DNA of 64,000 nt from assembly GCA_037927135.1 (NCBI GenBank), contig JAXSPP010000009.1:1-64000 (forward strand). Direction: 5' to 3'. Shown here in pieces: positions 60,332 to 64,000 of the stretch. Position 1 is the stretch's first letter. Each line of letters starts with the position of its first letter. Source of the DNA: Candidatus Pampinifervens sinense (GTDB lineage: Bacteria; Aquificota; Aquificia; Aquificales; Aquificaceae). The notes under the pieces are model-generated. The model made no database searches, was not told the DNA's origin, and was given only the letters and a program-made list of their open reading frames with translations. A program made the translations under genes and the position numbers.

Positions 60332-60334
60332 CCC

Positions 60335-61393
60335 ATGCTAGCCAAATACATGCTTTTGAACTACATAAAAACCTTTTTCATCATACTTTTTGTGCTTTTT
60401 GGCATATTGTATTTTTATCTTATTGGTGAAGTTTTTGCAGTCTTTAAGCAAAAAAGCCTTAGTATTCTTTTGTCTTATACATTTAACTTCCTGCCATTGG
60501 CCTTCTTTTACATCAGCGCTTTTGTAGGAGGCCTTGCCTTGATTTTATTCCTCAGAAGGCTCACACAGAAGAAGATTGATCTCTTGACTCAAAGCTTTGG
60601 TATATCTCCTCTAAGCTTTTCCTTTTCTATCATAGTTTTTTCCCTATTCCTCTCTTTTATCAACCTTTTTGGATCTTATGAGATTTATCCAGAGAATCAA
60701 AGAAGATTATACATTATAGAAAGGGAATATAAAAAGGCCAAAGAGCTAGAAAAAGGAATAATAAGGAACCTTTGGCTTTTAGAGGAAAAAAATGGAGAAA
60801 AGGGCTTTTACAACTTTGAACTTATAGATCTGTCCACTGGAAGTGTCTACGGTTTTTACTACCTTAAGGTGGCAGAGGGTTCCATAAGAGAGCTAGTGGT
60901 GGCACAAAGGGGACTGTGGAAGGGAGAAAACATAGAACTGAGGGAGGCAAAGATAAAAAATCTATTTACGGGTGAGGAGTCTATAAAAGATATGACAATC
61001 CATTATATTGACCTTTCCCAAATAAGACCCCTTGCCGAAAGGCCAGAGCACCTATCTATGAAAAATCTATTTATGCTTAGCTTGATAGGTGAAAAGATAG
61101 GTATAAATCAAAGGTATTACCTTTATGAGATCTTGAGGCGTGTGCTTACGGCCCTTCTTCCCATCTTTATAACCATAAGCGTAAGCTGGGTGTGTTTGAG
61201 GTGGCGACGATTTAGCCTCTCTTTGTTAGCCCTAATTTCCCTATTTTCCTACCATTGGCTTTCTTTGAACCTAATAAAATCCTTTGTGGAGAACACCAGC
61301 ACAAGCCTCACCCTTCTTTCCTTTATCTATGCACCCTTGCCTCTGCTATCTCTAAAAGGACTTTACGATCTTGGCAAAGGATTCAGGGTCTAG
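60335..61393 (+). CDS. LptF/LptG family LPS export permease
   Basis: Three TM helices, beta-rich periplasmic domain (LVVAQRGLW), three TM helices; FGIS motif. Confidence 0.75.
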   Translation: MLAKYMLLNYIKTFFIILFVLFGILYFYLIGEVFAVFKQKSLSILLSYTFNFLPLAFFYISAFVGGLALILFLRRLTQKKIDLLTQSFGISPLSFSFSIIVFSLFLSFINLFGSYEIYPENQRRLYIIEREYKKAKELEKGIIRNLWLLEEKNGEKGFYNFELIDLSTGSVYGFYYLKVAEGSIRELVVAQRGLWKGENIELREAKIKNLFTGEESIKDMTIHYIDLSQIRPLAERPEHLSMKNLFMLSLIGEKIGINQRYYLYEILRRVLTALLPIFITISVSWVCLRWRRFSLSLLALISLFSYHWLSLNLIKSFVENTSTSLTLLSFIYAPLPLLSLKGLYDLGKGFRV

Positions 61394-62092
61394 GCTGGCT
61401 CCACCCACCAGTAGCCCATCCACGTCCTTCATCTTCATAAAATCTGGTGCATTATTCGGGTTTACACTTCCACCGTATAGGACCCTCGTCTTTCCAGTAT
61501 GCTGTGGGTTTATGCTACAAAGTAGGTCCTTTATGAAGGCATGCACAAGCTGAGCATCCTCTGGCGTGGCTGGGTTTCCCGTGCCTATGGCCCAAACGGG
61601 CTCGTAGGCTATGTCTATGCTATCTGTATAGGCCTCTATGCCCGAAAGGGCAAGCCTTATCTGAGTTTCTATAACCTTAAAGGTAAGCCCTGCCTCCCTC
61701 TCCTCTATCCTCTCTCCCACGCACAGTATGGGTCTTATGCCCGCCTTCAAACAGGCTGTTAGCTTTTTGTTTATAAGCTCGTCCGACTCTCCAAAGATCC
61801 ACCTCCTTTCCGAGTGGCCCACTATCACATAGGAGACTCCAAGCTCCTTTAGCATATCCAAAGATATCTCACCGGTAAAGGCACCCTTTGGCTCAAAGTG
61901 GCAGTTCTGGGCCCCAAGCCTTACCTTTTTGTCCTTTAGCATCTCACTTGCCACGCATAGGGAAGTGAAAGGCGGGCAAAGAAGAATTTCCCTGTCCTCT
62001 ATTCCCTCCACAAGGGGCAAAAACCTTTGTATGTATTCCTTGGTTTGAGATGGTGTTAAGTTCATCTTCCAATTGGCGGATATGAGTTTCAT
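61352..62092 (-). CDS. tpiA: Triosephosphate isomerase
   Basis: ANWKMN, GAFTGEIS, GHSERR, AYEPVWAIGTG, LYGGSV, LVGGASL. Confidence 0.97.
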   Translation of the reverse strand: MKLISANWKMNLTPSQTKEYIQRFLPLVEGIEDREILLCPPFTSLCVASEMLKDKKVRLGAQNCHFEPKGAFTGEISLDMLKELGVSYVIVGHSERRWIFGESDELINKKLTACLKAGIRPILCVGERIEEREAGLTFKVIETQIRLALSGIEAYTDSIDIAYEPVWAIGTGNPATPEDAQLVHAFIKDLLCSINPQHTGKTRVLYGGSVNPNNAPDFMKMKDVDGLLVGGASLDPESFAKIVKSF

Positions 62093-62099
62093 CGGATAA

Positions 62100-62870
62100 T
62101 TATAACATATTTTCTTCTGAATTTTTAAGCTTGTGTAAAAGGTGTAAGCCAAAGTATGCCTTAACAGACCTTACAAGTTTATCGTATTTTTCTCCTATCT
62201 GAAGTCTAAAACTTTTTGTTATGGAGTTTTCGGATAGTGGTGGATGGAGCTGAAAAAGCCTTTCTAAAAAACTGGTATGTTCCTTTTTACCTTCAAGATA
62301 AGCCAAATAAAAGGGTAGAATAATATTAAAAAACATCTCTCTTTTTCTTAAAATGCCTATACCTTTAAAATCCATTATTCTATTTACGCATTGCCTTGCC
62401 TTTTCTGGAGTATCAACCAGCTCTTTTTCTTCTCTTGTTATCTTTGTCAAAAAATACTCAACCAAACTGGGCAAACTTTCTGCCAACAACACAGAAATTC
62501 CTTTTATCCTTCTATCTGGGTAATTTGCCGGACGTATGTTCTTAAAATTCCATACACTTTTATCCATCTTCAAGGAAAGGTCAAAGCCTTCCAAAGAACC
62601 TTCTCTTAGCTCTATAAAACCAGCACGGTGTAGCAAAGCCTTTTCTATCTTTTCCCTTTCTTTTAGCTTTTTTATCTCTTTAAAAGGTGTTATCAGCGCA
62701 AGCTCCAAAAATTGTGTTTTATTTTTTGGATAACCCAAAGAAAGCATTATTTCTCTATACAAGGCTTCATCTGCCTCTGCAATCCTAAGGAGATTTTTCA
62801 TCCTTTGTATTTTCGTCTTAAGCCACCTTTCTCCAAGCTTTTCCAAAAGGCTTGCATCAATGTTTTTCAT
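62100..62870 (-). CDS. DUF2851-like protein, C-terminal helical part only
   Basis: EALYREIMLSLGYPKNKTQFLELA, W.F..IRPANYPDRRI, NIILPF; AT-rich. Confidence 0.55.
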   Translation of the reverse strand: MKNIDASLLEKLGERWLKTKIQRMKNLLRIAEADEALYREIMLSLGYPKNKTQFLELALITPFKEIKKLKEREKIEKALLHRAGFIELREGSLEGFDLSLKMDKSVWNFKNIRPANYPDRRIKGISVLLAESLPSLVEYFLTKITREEKELVDTPEKARQCVNRIMDFKGIGILRKREMFFNIILPFYLAYLEGKKEHTSFLERLFQLHPPLSENSITKSFRLQIGEKYDKLVRSVKAYFGLHLLHKLKNSEENML

Positions 62871-62926
62871 AAGTATTCATCACGCCATGATGTTTTAAAT
62901 TCAATATTCTGAGATTCTTTCATATC

Positions 62927-64000
62927 TCACACACTCCTTGCCTTCTCCAATCTATTTTTGACCAATTCCGCCACCGCCCAATAGACCTCTTTTCTTTCTT
63001 CTTCTGTTAATCCTAAGGCATCAAAGACAATATCATCAAGGGCTTTTCTATCTGGCAACGGATTTGGCTCTTGCTCACGGATGGGCTTATTGGGGTCAAA
63101 GCCAAGCTCGGTGAAGATGGAGTGGATAGGACGGTTAATAAGTTGAGTAAATTTGTTCATTGATAACTTTAAATTGTTTAAAATTGGCAATTTTACTATA
63201 TCAATTTTTACCAATCTTATCGCTCCACCTCCTAACCCTCGCCTCCCAATTACCTCAATAAAAAACCAACTTAAAGTTGAATTAAGAATCAGACATAAAG
63301 TTTCATTATCTACCTTGATTCCAGAAATTCCATAAAAATTGTGTTCGAATGGTAGATTATCTTTATTGTAATGACAAATATGTTTATCACCTCTCAAATC
63401 TACCCACAATAATGGAGCTCTTCTTATTTCATAAGGGACATCTTTTATTTTAATCAGCCATACTGCATCATCAACTGTAAGCAAAATTTTATTTACCTCA
63501 CGGGGACTTTTAAAAACAGGTGAATAAGTTAATGGATCAAACTCCCCAATCATTCGTGTGTAATACTTTTTATTATTACCTGTGATAATTCCAGCTTTTA
63601 CCTCCGCAATATCTCCCAACCTCACCAATTTCCCTTTCCCCTTTTCCAAAATCTTAAAATAAATCTCTGGTGCCCTTAGGTATTTCCCGCCCCATTTATT
63701 GCCAACATAAACAAGCTCTTCTGGCTTACTATATCCTATCAAGCCCTCTTCTTCTGGAATTTCACTGCCTTCAAGCAAAAGCTCCCTTTTTGACTTTGGA
63801 AACACCCTAAAATCCTCATCGTCAAAAACAGGCTCTTTTATGCTTTCAAGCCTCTTTATTACTTCTGCATTTACCACTTCCTCAAAGGGCTTCTTAAAGG
63901 CTACAAACTTAACCGTATAATCATCAAGCTCCTCTTTTGGCCTTTGAATCAAAACAATCACCGTATTTACATCTGCCTGCTTAAAGGAACGCTTCCGCAG
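62927..64000 (-). CDS. C-terminal part of a type IIG/Eco57I-like restriction-modification (adenine MTase) protein with target-recognition domain; runs off the window
   Basis: Frame open to the window end: KRSFKQADVNTVI, KWGGKYLRAP, LVRLGDIAEVKAGIITG, ILNSTL..FIEVIGR..LGGGA, DRKALDDIVFD. Confidence 0.8.
   Translation of the reverse strand: MRKRSFKQADVNTVIVLIQRPKEELDDYTVKFVAFKKPFEEVVNAEVIKRLESIKEPVFDDEDFRVFPKSKRELLLEGSEIPEEEGLIGYSKPEELVYVGNKWGGKYLRAPEIYFKILEKGKGKLVRLGDIAEVKAGIITGNNKKYYTRMIGEFDPLTYSPVFKSPREVNKILLTVDDAVWLIKIKDVPYEIRRAPLLWVDLRGDKHICHYNKDNLPFEHNFYGISGIKVDNETLCLILNSTLSWFFIEVIGRRGLGGGAIRLVKIDIVKLPILNNLKLSMNKFTQLINRPIHSIFTELGFDPNKPIREQEPNPLPDRKALDDIVFDALGLTEEERKEVYWAVAELVKNRLEKARSV

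Noticed and set aside
59299-61393. Convergent 3' overlaps (mnmH/gcvT, lptF-G/tpiA) as antisense regulation
   Set aside because: Short tail-to-tail overlaps occur throughout this compact window; nothing specific supports regulation.
223-63335. Numerous 60-190 aa antisense or alternate-frame ORFs in the ORF track
   Set aside because: They lie within well-supported genes and show no motifs or initiation signals.

Overview
Compact, gene-dense chromosomal segment from a thermophilic Aquificaceae bacterium (Thermocrinis/Hydrogenobacter-like). The lineage call rests on archaeal-type Trm1, a split CarB half, CfiA/CfiB 2-oxoglutarate carboxylase, a long ThyX, a THEP1 NTPase, and 6S RNA directly after pheT. 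Most of the window is housekeeping: hemE, trpE, selB/selA, cysM, pheT, 6S-ygfA-rny-mutS, secD, waaA, ino1, gcvH/gcvPA/gcvT, rplU/rpmA, rpoD, lolCD, mtnA, mnmH, lptF/G and tpiA. There is also a rubrerythrin/Fe-S oxidoreductase pair and a TetR-containing double efflux locus with a clear palindromic operator. Points of interest: (1) a transposase-less, Zn-finger-less 487-aa TnpB with an intact RuvC triad and a ~250-nt multi-hairpin omega-RNA candidate overlapping its 3' end; (2) an IS right end at the window start and a second copy of its terminal repeat at 56.9 kb; (3) a Pho-box-preceded Tat-lipoprotein PhoX and an ArnT-like glycosyltransferase, each broken by one missing base; (4) an AT-rich type IIG-like RM gene followed by a truncated DUF2851-like gene at the right edge; (5) a ThyX that looks like two reciprocally degenerate copies; (6) many -10-only, probably leaderless promoters, some bidirectional. 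No CRISPR array, tRNA or rRNA was seen. All family calls come from motif recognition by eye, not from database searches.
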